Origin: a virus
Lineage: Duplodnaviria; Caudoviricetes
Reading direction: 5' to 3' (one strand)
IMG/VR virus record: IMGVR_UViG_3300030451_002321
Span: 1 to 58,477 of that record
Length of the DNA: 58,477 nt
Shown: piece after piece, positions 22,301 to 29,724 of the stretch
How the letters are laid out: every line of letters begins with the position of its first letter
Position numbering within the stretch: position 1 is the first letter of the stretch
Made by a program: the position numbers and the translations under genes
Notes under the pieces: generated by a model
What the model was told of the DNA's origin: nothing
What the model saw: only the letters and a program-made list of their open reading frames with translations
The model's database searches: none

Positions 22301-25300
22301 GTACGAAATGGTTGAGCCATCATCCACGTACACCTTGTCACCCGAACGAATGTTTAGTCCAAACGTGTTGGCATGAGCAAGGTAATAGGAATACGTTGAT
22401 GGTGCAATGTTGAGTGTAGTGGTAGTACCCGAACTGGCTGCTACGTTGAACACCCAGTACTCATTGTTCGGGGGCAAGAAGGTCATAACCTTCTTTTCCT
22501 CAGTGACAGCAGATGCGGGTGACGAGATAGAATGCAGTGCGTGACTCACACGGTCAAGTCGAATGGTAGCACCAACGAGATTCGTGGGCGATGACGTGCT
22601 GACAATAGCAAACGTGTTCTCCGTAAAGTCACTGCTGAAACGACCAAGGTAGTACGCTTCTTCACTGCTACCGTCTTCTTGGATGATTTCAGCAATGTAC
22701 AATGGGTCACCTGTTTCAAACTGAATTGCATTGCTTGAATCTCGGGTGAACGGTACATCGGGAAACAACGACCCGTCGTCAACCGTAATGGTGTACGAGT
22801 TACCGCTGATAGACGGGACTGAAACAATCGTGGCGGTGGCGTTCTTGGTCACCGTTCGTGGGGCGTGCGGGTTGCTCATTGGTCCGGCTTTAAACTCAAC
22901 TGCACTGACGTACTGCCTCATACCGTAGTCGAGGTTGCCACCTTGGGTTTGCATGTTCGCAGCATCGTAGTAGTACGGGCTACGCCCCTCGTAGTCTGAC
23001 GAGGGCGTGTGGTTGTCTGAGTCAATTGGAATCAGGGACTCCCCACGGAAACCCTGAGCGACGAAAAGGGAGGAGCCGGGAACTGCGTGAGCAAAGAAGG
23101 CCTCAGCAGCAATGCCGTGGTTGGCGTGACCCGCACCTGAGTGGGGGATGCTAAGGAAGCCATCCGATGCAGCGTTGTTAGTGTAAATGGCCCAGTGGCC
23201 ATCGGACGTGAAGCAACGGCGGAAGCGCCCAACACCCTTCATGTTTCCAAGCGAGTCGTTGGCCAAGTCACCACGTGGGAAGACCGAAGCGTTGTCCACG
23301 TGGATTTTGAAGACCGAGCCGGTGTCCTCAACACGAAGAACACGTGCCGAGGCAACGAAGTCATTGCGAACAAAACCGTATGCCGATGATGCCTGCTTGT
23401 CAGCAGGGTGAATGTCGTCTGCGCGGCGACCAACAGGGGTAGGATTCCACGTGTGGGCAGTGTACGTTGCGTCAAGATGCAACTTCATGGAGTTGTCAGG
23501 GCCGGGGAAAATGGCTTGCTCAGGATGGTCGAAGAACTGTTGAGGGAAGACAGGGATTTCGACCATGGCTCGCGTGCTTGCGAACTGCGTTCCCAATTGG
23601 TAATCGTGGCTTACCGTGTCCATGGCTTGGAAGAGGCGGTCGTTGACGGTGCTACCGTCTTGGGCCATGGACTCATCCGCAAAGTGTGGGTCGTTGAATA
23701 AGGTCAGCGAAGTTGCGACTTCAGCAGGAGATGATGTTTCAGTCATCAGTCCAACCGCGTTACACCACAGGAAGAAGTTCGCATATTCCGTGCCGTCGGC
23801 ATCGAGGAAGCGCCCAGTCCCCGTAGCACCGACGTTGGTGAAAACAAAGCCTGCACCACCTTTGCTCGCATACCCTGCGCTTGCCCCGTTCTCAAGGTAC
23901 ACACGACCGACCTTGGGAAAGGCAATCGTACCCCATGAAGCAACGTCAGGTGAGCCGTTGTTCAGTGGGGAAACGCTCAGAATGTTCTCCGTGGTCGTGG
24001 TGTCGTTCTTTGCGAACACGTGAGTGGCACGTACTGCACAGGAGCGGCGCGTAGTACCCGGTAGGCGCATCAGTGGGCTTGGGTCAAACGTAGGCTTGGT
24101 GTTCACTGCACCTTGACCGGGACCGCCGAGCGTGACCGTCACGACAGGTGCGTTTGGCTCAATCTCCTTGACCACATACGAGTCAGGTGAGCCATCACCC
24201 ACGGCGCTGACGTTACGGTTCAGTGCGCTTTCCACAACACCTGCCGCACTGACCGTGATGCGTGAGTCATTGGTTTCAGGGTCCACCTCTTCGCTCACAC
24301 TTCGCAGCCGAGCACGCGCCATCAGCAACATCACGGCCACTGATGTTTCATCTTCAACAACGGAGCGCAACTGGTGGCTACGTCGTCGGTCTGAAGGTTG
24401 AACGAACATGTACACTTCGCCACTACTGGAATAGTAGTTGTCAATGATGTCGAACATTTCGTGAGTGTGGCTACGCCCATCGGTCAAGCCGACATCAAAC
24501 ACCCCTGCACCTGACTTCTCTTCAGTCGGCGTAATGCGTTGGTAGTCGTCACCAATCGAAGTAAAAGACGAACCCACTGAGCCGTTACCTTTGTTGAACA
24601 CCAGTCGGTTGTACACCGATTCGTGTGCAAGACTGACGTGAGATGCCTTGGTAGCCTGTGGGGTGGTACGTGGGTCAGCGTTGACGTTGGAAACAGGAGT
24701 GTAGTTGTTGGGAGTACGGGAGAAGTCCAACTCCGTATCGTTGACCTGCCCACCAGTGTTGTCCCCAAGCAAAGTGTGCGAATCTAAGATGAACTCGTTG
24801 GTAGTAAGCGAATCTCCGCCAAGGACCACCATGCCACCGGGAGCGTGGAGGGTAGTACTCAAGGCCGCTGCGATGACATCGTACACGTAGGCACCGCCAC
24901 CAAGAGCAAGTGACGCAGCGGGAACCGTCTTTTCGACCATCAGCATTGGACCACTGATGCTCATGCTCGCACCAGTCAAGTCAATGGCGTTGTAGTGAAT
25001 CTCAACGAACGGTGCCATGTTGTAACTTGATTGAAGTGCAGGAACGTGGAGGATAGCAACACGGGACGTTGTTTCAGGCGTGAGGTGAAACAGGCGCGTA
25101 TCGTCGTTGATGGACGATGCCAAGTGAGGCACTGGGCCTTTGAGCATAAACGGGCGATGGTCGAAGTTGGCCCCACCGATACCAATGATTTCACGCGCCG
25201 CACTCGGCAGACCGTTGTGAACAACCGACTCAGCGGTGCTGCTGCTCACAACCTCAGTGATGACTGCATCCACGTTTTCGGAATAGAAGTCGGTCAGTGA

Positions 25301-26884
25301 GTTCACAACAAATGCACTCTTGATGGACCCCATGGCTTGCTCGTAGGTTATGGTCACAATGTCCGCTGCACCACTCACGGTTTGGTCCACGGTCATGTCA
25401 TCAGGCTTCGGGAAGCGGCGCATGTACTCATGACCGACAACGTGGGAGAAGGTATGCCGTCCACTGTGACCGACTTGGAAAAGCGCATCAAGCGTACTGG
25501 GCCATACAACGGCGAACGGGTTGTTGGTGTCGGTCGTGGTGGTTGCCATCCGAGAAGAGTACACCAAGCCGTGCTGGGCGTTGTCCGTTTCGTCAATCAC
25601 CATTTGACCCGTGCGGTCAAACACCTGAGTGCCGTAGTGCGGCGGTTGGTACGGCTTACCCGTACCGTTGTCAATCAGCAAGTCAGCAGCAACGACCACG
25701 AAGTAGTTGTCCACGTCGGTCGTACGTGCATGTAGCAGCCCGCGCAGCCCGTTCGTACCGTTCACGAAGTCCACGTGAATGCTCGTCAGCGTAATGACAC
25801 CAGTGCTACCGTTGATGCTCTTGACACGAACACGCTCGGGTGGCTTCTGATTCGGCTTCTGTGTGGACCGTGTTATGGCTCCGGGGTTGATGAGCAGGTT
25901 GTACGGCACGTGTGGGATTTCAAGCGTCGTAGGCGTAGCAGGAGCCGTGTAGTAGTCTTTGACCTTGTAATCGCCCATGCTATACGGTGACGCTTCCAAG
26001 TTGAGGGTCGGGGATGATGAGTCGTACGCCTTGCCGGTGAATCGTGCAATGAGGGCCTGCGCATCAGCAGCGGACACGGTAATGGTCGTGGAGTCGGCGC
26101 TCACGGCGTTGAACGTGTACGTACCGCTGATGACATCAATTGGTTCCTCAAAGCGGTACAGGCCTGTCGAGGCATCCGATTGCGTCGGCATGTGCGACTC
26201 AGTAACCGACTTGTGGTAGTGACCGAGGAAGTGTAGGGACTCAATGGCCCCACGGAACTCGCCACCCTTGCCACCCAAGTACACGTGCTCCGTGGAGCGG
26301 GCAATACGCATGGTTTCGTCAAACCGCTGCGATGCAACGAGGTCACCGTTGACGTACAGGAACGCTTCGCCCAATGAGAAGCCCGCAACGACGTGGTACA
26401 GGGGGCGGTGTGCAGCGTTCAAGTTCGTTGCTTCACCCTGATTTGACGTGTCGAAACGGTTGTACGAATCGTGCAGGTCGCCTTCGTGATGTGGATAAAC
26501 CACCCCATCCCATCGGTTAGTGTCCTCAAGGGCCGTGGTCAGGAAGGCCTGAAAAATGCCCTCAGACCCCTCAAGGATGAGGTCAAACGTCGCAGGCCCC
26601 GGAGTGTCCACCGTGCCCAACGACAAGGTGAACTGACCCTCACGATGGGCGATAACACCACCGCAGTCGGGTACGACCCACGCTTCGATAACGAGGTCGC
26701 CGTCCTCCTTGGCAATCAGTGGACTGTCGCCACCTGACCGTCGCTCGTTCTGCAAAATGTTCCGACTGTCTTTACCGTCAACACCGGGTACACCGGTGCC
26801 GGTGAACGTACCCTGCGGCAGAATGACCGAATCACTCACGCCGTCAAAGAAGAGGGCGTGACTTGTTCGACCGACTGCAACCAC
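10313..26884 (-). CDS. giant 5,523-aa tail-tip / adhesin protein with N-terminal LamG (ConA-like) domain
   Basis: Uninterrupted 16.6-kb ORF with GAGGTGA RBS; ALFFDG...IEAWV...YHVVA...LYVNG...FRGAI...LYRFEE is LamG-like; tail-module position. Confidence 0.85.
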   Translation of the reverse strand: MVAVGRTSHALFFDGVSDSVILPQGTFTGTGVPGVDGKDSRNILQNERRSGGDSPLIAKEDGDLVIEAWVVPDCGGVIAHREGQFTLSLGTVDTPGPATFDLILEGSEGIFQAFLTTALEDTNRWDGVVYPHHEGDLHDSYNRFDTSNQGEATNLNAAHRPLYHVVAGFSLGEAFLYVNGDLVASQRFDETMRIARSTEHVYLGGKGGEFRGAIESLHFLGHYHKSVTESHMPTQSDASTGLYRFEEPIDVISGTYTFNAVSADSTTITVSAADAQALIARFTGKAYDSSSPTLNLEASPYSMGDYKVKDYYTAPATPTTLEIPHVPYNLLINPGAITRSTQKPNQKPPERVRVKSINGSTGVITLTSIHVDFVNGTNGLRGLLHARTTDVDNYFVVVAADLLIDNGTGKPYQPPHYGTQVFDRTGQMVIDETDNAQHGLVYSSRMATTTTDTNNPFAVVWPSTLDALFQVGHSGRHTFSHVVGHEYMRRFPKPDDMTVDQTVSGAADIVTITYEQAMGSIKSAFVVNSLTDFYSENVDAVITEVVSSSTAESVVHNGLPSAAREIIGIGGANFDHRPFMLKGPVPHLASSINDDTRLFHLTPETTSRVAILHVPALQSSYNMAPFVEIHYNAIDLTGASMSISGPMLMVEKTVPAASLALGGGAYVYDVIAAALSTTLHAPGGMVVLGGDSLTTNEFILDSHTLLGDNTGGQVNDTELDFSRTPNNYTPVSNVNADPRTTPQATKASHVSLAHESVYNRLVFNKGNGSVGSSFTSIGDDYQRITPTEEKSGAGVFDVGLTDGRSHTHEMFDIIDNYYSSSGEVYMFVQPSDRRRSHQLRSVVEDETSVAVMLLMARARLRSVSEEVDPETNDSRITVSAAGVVESALNRNVSAVGDGSPDSYVVKEIEPNAPVVTVTLGGPGQGAVNTKPTFDPSPLMRLPGTTRRSCAVRATHVFAKNDTTTTENILSVSPLNNGSPDVASWGTIAFPKVGRVYLENGASAGYASKGGAGFVFTNVGATGTGRFLDADGTEYANFFLWCNAVGLMTETSSPAEVATSLTLFNDPHFADESMAQDGSTVNDRLFQAMDTVSHDYQLGTQFASTRAMVEIPVFPQQFFDHPEQAIFPGPDNSMKLHLDATYTAHTWNPTPVGRRADDIHPADKQASSAYGFVRNDFVASARVLRVEDTGSVFKIHVDNASVFPRGDLANDSLGNMKGVGRFRRCFTSDGHWAIYTNNAASDGFLSIPHSGAGHANHGIAAEAFFAHAVPGSSLFVAQGFRGESLIPIDSDNHTPSSDYEGRSPYYYDAANMQTQGGNLDYGMRQYVSAVEFKAGPMSNPHAPRTVTKNATATIVSVPSISGNSYTITVDDGSLFPDVPFTRDSSNAIQFETGDPLYIAEIIQEDGSSEEAYYLGRFSSDFTENTFAIVSTSSPTNLVGATIRLDRVSHALHSISSPASAVTEEKKVMTFLPPNNEYWVFNVAASSGTTTTLNIAPSTYSYYLAHANTFGLNIRSGDKVYVDDGSTISYLGEVDYVKSNNLTGGNHQIELKANNAAAISINNKIRVGAETVLTTDPSAILNRSWVYPYAAGGLRSGDTVWANMSLNNPHAVEGLFAKSRGVFNEELVWKGFNGGRGTLATRPRDSIPMENFLIGNSCLETAINYAQHVNKTIEENYKAMGLDASQAPTVAYVDPYLATDGHARVLLYDVGHDREFIAFHDLHMQVQTSAATPSIGYTQNLAYEGGTTKLDKFLMGHNGGAPHYLTTQIDVANGFPSENPFLRSTQQSNFMESAYAHDIIGKSAANSYTTTTQSWTVLNNPTNEAYNALFMSKGHGHFVHTGLYHEANLTDRLTVGDSTLPRVQPAVASPYWGNEIHKLTRIQGADHPLINALRNHRAAQNPNTHSLSDPSTTFDTPDGTRTVSAFLALKGKRSTTLSLADHEESRLQHLPHWTQMDFVRRMTIDFGEVGVKEGVTDIEAAAREIVRLINQGGAESGRTHARRPSHQYPGESERLDLTRIGVRQDIANPNRDPSASHINADFAATGSTYDPAPWWYPDEAFDSHDRGSHMGYLRAHIGRVVEDLDGNEGFSIVIHSTIPGASSRNFCAWLDNSKGQSTYKPQYLIGHGGRFRNFWSQPDETLGENMHPAPLPLNKHGRPFAPITSLREYVPQEEPDDAFSSNLDVAARSDTKKNTTARRVSSVMGGTNINSVADESFEAQSPATALVEGLRRGSTAIGRINFGGLVAAGVPGFAPDAGDFGLGRRGDTRFNRKYGNSGVTDYTSHVPTASAKEDAVGNAPLYGFRFADHRGRGHGVRYVYRSIDEAFANELTVLPSTLDDEIVVYINDSDVSRGGFTLGHHMLGTGDATGRITPTTDMTEASWVGNRWRGVYAADAGIDCKVTYNTGDSLTIAFEAPYTTSATDYDNHPDFLGFLGFPLTNGIIQLTDPYSGTGVFADGSTGNTFTYETRSSNDVTGTHTFYGIAGDNFTVSHFFNGATFTDNATIFKTNAKKFGLLITPRLNWTTLVTDEVLAYATVAAINLTDPNVEQGVAVDVRHLYAADGRTLGEWGVAEDAIIIRAHNPQRGTRPLSEMFSASLHRDYGIQAAHIEFGEYESLKKNATASWSLTASTSTPVSDADIEASRQLDVGYIPRTVVQIRTRGRGFHANTPTPILVDSFNDPVDISTWRSNLRGTRFLARPGDHILPCLNNYILEIDSYSSNEFNVRTASNKLGHALILAGQEDITNPDRVPSFGERLPFYHDDTKYALVFSKQTPSATGSETKFTYTDQEATAEWQSEFGSNTINDDFFVMRFIGEIDGYRLHGSVDSEPVTYFRGARDSGDHSVPLYFGGGFSGIVLDVNDGTQNDYSDFYTHPYSSGPTGTAGIQHANEISTSFALVDCNALLAFFPGTALLNQHRASIHPPVYNKTSVLAVDLDGGSGTRHSSLPSHVESRYTVGMVYQKPSPLILRVAHPIARYDDAQNSKQNYTAYIIYGPGQAFPFTETTDEDAAVEPHPGYVVTTGNTWSKVPFDKYLPNTLTNDRNDYGPPTGTYQTERHRHHWFTKMNWSPAEGIPYVGAVSSGKSLWQRPEHGYHFGEHFNTQNSVSSNNIVDYAKAHPYKHAPFLGYGAASQADYTFHMDGGYHPGGSWLDNQMSFNAPLEPSDYRVAKESWNQVNPTAFRVSGVLAKQMLAGSSAEEGDDFDRDFIIVDATRCQNGEELAAVLGQAVNENPGRGALKAMGGTHLPSMGNAMRQDRYGWIELTFTDYDIDGSASKTYVEASGTNQATLEQLPASGWIRTDKSGRTLHSILLPAFAPYHSREVYNNSGTWTVRFYLAPNRIEGHPKLEDAQTHSDSSHPSESDVDSNATKVYVWSKAGVHRYNNENDSARTHMTQVHFAGIVDAIDRTRPVGVVGWSGERYSYLNSLKVGTEGYAAGLGAYHPKLGFSPYGAASTVMNGYGQFPHVYALENTPESLAGANYQGNDARNYVGGTGTTFNINATSYTYTMRNADTSGAFVQQGEPVNTQTLTDFTIPDALHHPQGVFGKGFLVMSYESELALVAKRDRDGITALGDWLSVSSKTRAGVAAATAITFAGTVQWDERIHGAERYYAPATAGPNVEALIASGTATPTGDLITSEYTLHSAITDDNNLFNATPAAAKIGDLFFDFDESPGSGILSSVTEVERNLLLGLKTAASSSDFDTKHDDLTYWLPSVNGYKSLGNTPVRNFSVEHVVWKRMDGGNLSLPALNARGLGSVPFVTRVNSGTAYLTGEKLYGNVRFSFETTNSSMFPIIQAQELAHPQIAARHPEELRNVLIIPNEEVQFAAIEVEDDTGQVHTVEGGSPFGTIIRGFRKVSNRASEGLSPAIAGSGVEPNLKVRLPDPNTIPGNIIVRSGFDRIQAYQTETMGSGGMLRPDLGTDMKHLWTTETSAPRTYPTGPDHQWEHISQGAGEGGFPDPTFAGWEEATGNAPLETSYELHDRTLFFHVTKCGNTHTHKHPTHYDHTNGVQNSDLTGVSYSGTTLTVSATVDAALFSTAFGDEEAADNRRFLRLYNPTTDRGGVASFTGISGATFTGCVGDADFDELVKTSITSLKVVPSYYIPAGSTRFFASRRLRDHSEISGNSPDAMHTMYYQGVSAATNAHAILSKPKLTPMAVPRMGHHFVTPTMGMLPGHWAHPAYQGLYNKHRAIRASSHKFAEQTLLEEVGLTTLRADIASSVTDQFNNYDPQLVFGSLSATPSGPSDIHGGAFTLMFESKVRADGYGVLASEGQAGVINSKGGHSIVLEAAATYTLSNHFPDPAEVGSYQIVIQPNMHKSQLIGYHQNNSDGKGLPDGSVAELTNQQVALVVGIKEADSTRGARVLVLAEATAADVRGCEVFINEVMLDHDPDHGSQFTNIPPLLLYNPLGVQSTETPAFVRHTLPYHPGMFVDATPGLTTNIPWWSIVHRYEPNNSKSVGFRHLNHHRFDNYYEFIRAGAGSVGVQLTLAGYPSQFPEVYSKVFDLTSLNPVATAVSANSSSITVTDARMWPQRAYYDRLVEYVDANGIRRTNKVSTTDTMSIGLDSAPSAFHSNITNGTKVRLTRAYGTFHAGSVFLDSKSSMITRMLPQVLQGSRDTNSLHVPDAFLCMWHPNLGRPYTFYSDSTRTFLNPASDRAVDNKPYNSMPEHFETFHYHDAPYFASVGPFGFGMKTPNPVLPVRWSDGTARTVQSINTSTKTITTNPDPASLTTLSSGDVIAIGARLYTVSSDSKFTGAIVVNQAIDAEIPTGTAIYSGGVGDVVAAGSLNAYFTVQGSVGTDTTQVTLNNYWPCGSRGGPLVSRLDGYGFAASSWTYSQAYGYDKWVWVDQDDDGSYAVSSGVTNTDYKTLSNPTRSLPFGYRFGLRQPYNRPQWSRYGMAYFRDSTLAGWIPEYAPYVQADSQTWPKTDFSSAATYPATYVGVMERQTNFSGMLGVDMAERQVRYSDGMRMTRSFGAPVRTLRNESTVIRDWWGDDNGKDLERIDEAVMYYMVDWWGNTRGEDVRRFPVRSFGIRPAWDAGDAYDPGRNTNATPYERLYNSGSPLVNLKGIVGSGSSNISLSSGVTIPRFGGRQNTSNNNNANTLVDLFMPATALRVGDMGNGRGVRYPTQFNEDRLTALNEADYTTGVVLSHHTAEPVFGDGFIRARNDTLALDEVPRGISARLEIDEDGLLKPEAVVSSRVETITGSTKHTDAVSRSAPRIGLDTENVEGVDDNLIALNTEAHSLHADRGVGQRVVLVGGLTAGSQTIGDLDYTSLNFGNQPVGGVARLSHTANFNPLGGTYVAETRNFLAPVSDYGWGAVSGKAANPYATSTFSSASAQTNFTDKVISFLLRPVRLLDDQHVEMFRPNNNLHSGSPQYGSNYFSATGGGKYGLFAYNMPSGRAADGNYIRATNPDTNPPYAPAYYMNITSSDSNPASKGPNLGGTHNMSTSLDNDVTRIVMSENTLQHHRSDASRRRTSAETDDTERRADYSVKPRFSQSLHPKGHKGDVNYGTSDHSGDGA

Positions 26885-26893
26885 GATTTCACC

Positions 26894-28021
26894 TCACAGA
26901 ATCACGTCAGCCGGTAGGAAAATGATGGTGAACTGGTAAATCGGCTCGCCACCCAAACGGACAAACGTGGCCTTGTCAATACCGCCCTTAATTCCTGTGT
27001 AGGAGTTCTTCGTGTCTTCAAACCGAGCACCTGCAAGCACGGCATTACTCACGTCTTTTCGGTCAGGGTTGCGCAAATAGAATGAGCCAGTGGTCATGAA
27101 AAAGTTCCGAGCCGAGTACTTTTCACCGCCACTTGCGTTAATCATTGAATCAAATGGTACTTGAACACCAATGATGTAATCTCCACCACCGCGTAGTTTG
27201 CCAGTTCCGTCATCGTTGTCCCTACGGAAACGTCCTCGCCCACCGTCTTGTGAGTTGTTCAACACACCCCATAGCCGCTGCACTTTGTCGCCTGCACTAC
27301 GACCCGATTGCCCACCACCTGCGACGTGGTTGTTGAACTTCGTGACAATGTGAAACTGTGCATCACCGGGTTGTCCACGTTTGTACTTCGGGTACGCAGT
27401 GTCATTTCCACTTGCAGTGCGTGTAATGGTGAGCATTGCATTTGCTTCACCTGTGTAGGGCGAAGTTCCTCTCACCGCAGTAAAGTCGCTTGAGTAATTG
27501 GCGTCAATAGCCTGCTTAACGTACAGTGCAATGTTGGCTGCGCTAACCGCATTTGTTTGGTCGTGAATCTGCACCCATGGTACACCGCCCTGTGTGCTAT
27601 TTGTGGTGGAAGTGTGGGAAACAAAACGAATCTCCTTGGAACTACTAAGATGCAAACGCTGAGCCTGACTGAAATCATTTGTAGGTGTGATGAATGTTGC
27701 AGTTCGCACAATGTCTCGTTTGTCTTCATCGGTCATTTTACGACCACCGCGCCTTCGTGACTCCATGAAATACGAAAAGTCAATTGATGCGGTAGCCTTA
27801 GATTCCGTTGATTGAAACACCGCATCATCGTCGGTGATGATACCCTCAAGGGTAATGACGGCGCGGCTAAGGTTGGAGTCAGTAGCAATACGGTGACTGC
27901 CGGAAAACACCTTGGGTCGAGCGTTGAACTTGCGGTCAACGTCCAACGAAAGCGTCGTAACGTTCAACTCGATGATGCCACCGTTGCGTTGAACCAAACG
28001 GATAGGGGTGCCGTTTGCCAT
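26894..28021 (-). CDS. distal tail (Dit-like) protein with inserted domain (putative)
   Basis: Immediately follows the tape measure; VITLEGII and YQFTIIF strands flank a central insertion. Confidence 0.5.
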   Translation of the reverse strand: MANGTPIRLVQRNGGIIELNVTTLSLDVDRKFNARPKVFSGSHRIATDSNLSRAVITLEGIITDDDAVFQSTESKATASIDFSYFMESRRRGGRKMTDEDKRDIVRTATFITPTNDFSQAQRLHLSSSKEIRFVSHTSTTNSTQGGVPWVQIHDQTNAVSAANIALYVKQAIDANYSSDFTAVRGTSPYTGEANAMLTITRTASGNDTAYPKYKRGQPGDAQFHIVTKFNNHVAGGGQSGRSAGDKVQRLWGVLNNSQDGGRGRFRRDNDDGTGKLRGGGDYIIGVQVPFDSMINASGGEKYSARNFFMTTGSFYLRNPDRKDVSNAVLAGARFEDTKNSYTGIKGGIDKATFVRLGGEPIYQFTIIFLPADVIL

Positions 28022-29079
28022 CAGAACCGACCTCGCATTGTAGTACCACCAAGGTTCCGGGCCAACTCCTGCTGAATCATATTGCCAATCTCACGCGCCA
28101 TCTGCCGCTTGTCGCTGCGGTCGGTAATGCCGCTTGCGTTCACGGTGATGTTGAACGTCTGACTGCCACCGGGCATGTTGTCGCCTGTAAGCGGCACGAC
28201 GGCTTCGGGACCTGCCTCACCAATCATGGCAAGCGTGGGACCGGTCACAATGCCACCCTTGGCAAGCATTGGGATTTGCCAGTCACTCAGGTCAACCCCA
28301 GCCTCAAACTCACGACCCGCAATGGAGAACGTCTTGGAGAAGTTGAAGTTGGCGAACACGTCGTTGATGGCGGTAATCAGCCCGTTGATGGGCAGTTTGA
28401 CGACATCAAGCAGTTCCGTGGCGAGGTTGGAGAAGAAGTCACTGATAGCGGTCCCGGTAGCAGACAGGCTGCCTGCGGGGTCGTCAATGAAGTTCATGAG
28501 CCAACCAATGGCCCCTTCCACTGCTCCAACACTGAAGTCAATGAAGTTCCCAATCCCAATTACCCCTTGCACCAGTGTGCCTTTGAGCAGACTGACCACA
28601 GTGCTCAGTGGCTCAGGCAACTCACCAATGGCAAGGTCAAGTCGCTCGTTGAGTGTAAAGCCTCCAAACACCCCTTCTCCTCGGAAGAAGTCAACCATCA
28701 ACTGTAGCGGAGCAGGGATTGCAAAGGTGAAAAGTGCATCCCAATCAATGCTGAATGTGAACAAGTCCGTCCAAAACTCCTTGGTGAAAATGGCCGGTAA
28801 CCCGTCCATTACGGATGCAAAATTGGCTCGCATTGCATCAACTGCACCGCTGACGCTACCACGAATCTCCTCCAACCTGACACCAACGCTTTCCTTGAAG
28901 CCTTCCCACCATTCCTTCAACTCCTCCCACTTGTCCAAAATGGGGGTCACTACGTTGTCGTTCACGAAGGTCTTGATGGAGTCGAATGCCTTGATTGCCG
29001 TTTTACCGATGTTCTCAAACGCAGGCGCAATGTCTTGCACGATTCCCGAAAGAGAGGTCATCGTTGCAAGTAGCGTCAT
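28021..29079 (-). CDS. tape measure protein (short, 352 aa)
   Basis: Amphipathic helices with periodic W/F; C-terminal IPMLAKGGIVTGPTLAMIGEAGPEAVVPL tape-measure signature. Confidence 0.85.
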   Translation of the reverse strand: MTLLATMTSLSGIVQDIAPAFENIGKTAIKAFDSIKTFVNDNVVTPILDKWEELKEWWEGFKESVGVRLEEIRGSVSGAVDAMRANFASVMDGLPAIFTKEFWTDLFTFSIDWDALFTFAIPAPLQLMVDFFRGEGVFGGFTLNERLDLAIGELPEPLSTVVSLLKGTLVQGVIGIGNFIDFSVGAVEGAIGWLMNFIDDPAGSLSATGTAISDFFSNLATELLDVVKLPINGLITAINDVFANFNFSKTFSIAGREFEAGVDLSDWQIPMLAKGGIVTGPTLAMIGEAGPEAVVPLTGDNMPGGSQTFNITVNASGITDRSDKRQMAREIGNMIQQELARNLGGTTMRGRF

Positions 29080-29083
29080 TGTG

Positions 29084-29359
29084 TCACTCCCAGTCTAAAA
29101 ACGAATAATCGAGGCCTACGGTTTCACGGTCGCCGCCCTTGGCCTGTTGTCTCCTACGTTCGCTCTCCTTTGTCTTCTCTTCGGTCGCAACCATCGCCCA
29201 AACGAGGGACTGCTTGAAAAGCCGAGGAGGAAGGTCGTACACTTCCGCAAGGGACATACCGTAGTGCTGCGAGATGATGTAGGCCCACAATTCGATTTGC
29301 GTGCTCAAATCCTCGCTGCTCTCGTACTTTGTCTTCTTGAGGAACTGCTCGACCCTCAC
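29084..29359 (-). CDS. tail assembly chaperone, T-like part
   Basis: Lies directly before the tape measure; YGMSLAEVYDLP pattern; in the -1 frame relative to the upstream chaperone. Confidence 0.6.
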   Translation of the reverse strand: MRVEQFLKKTKYESSEDLSTQIELWAYIISQHYGMSLAEVYDLPPRLFKQSLVWAMVATEEKTKESERRRQQAKGGDRETVGLDYSFLDWE

Positions 29360-29724
29360 TCGCTCGGCGTCATAAACCCCCCTTGCATGCTCTCCGCAAT
29401 CTCGTTTGGCTGCGGCAGCACACGCGCAACGGCGTCACCGATGTGCCCCTTCAGGGACAGGAGTTCCTTTGATGTCATTTCAGGATTGGTGCGTACAATC
29501 CAATGAGTAAATGCGTGCTCCCAGTACGCTTTGAGCGAAAGGGAAATGTCACCGTCTTTGATGAAGACCATTTTCTGAGCGGCGTCTTGAATGTCGAGGA
29601 ACGAAATGTCGCGCACCCAAACCTCCATGACCTGCGTTGGGTCATCGGGGTCAACCGGTACGACGTGTTTCGTTTCATCATTGCTCTTCATCAGCAGGCT
29701 CTTGTTGGTCACCACTTGTGTCAT
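29356..29724 (-). CDS. tail assembly chaperone, G-like part
   Basis: Size and position between tail tube and tape measure; VWVRDISF motif. Confidence 0.6.
   Translation of the reverse strand: MTQVVTNKSLLMKSNDETKHVVPVDPDDPTQVMEVWVRDISFLDIQDAAQKMVFIKDGDISLSLKAYWEHAFTHWIVRTNPEMTSKELLSLKGHIGDAVARVLPQPNEIAESMQGGFMTPSE

Noticed and set aside
28015-29098. 307-aa and 230-aa plus-strand ORFs over the tape measure gene
   Set aside because: Antisense to a gene with a clear signature; explained by stop-poor reverse frames.
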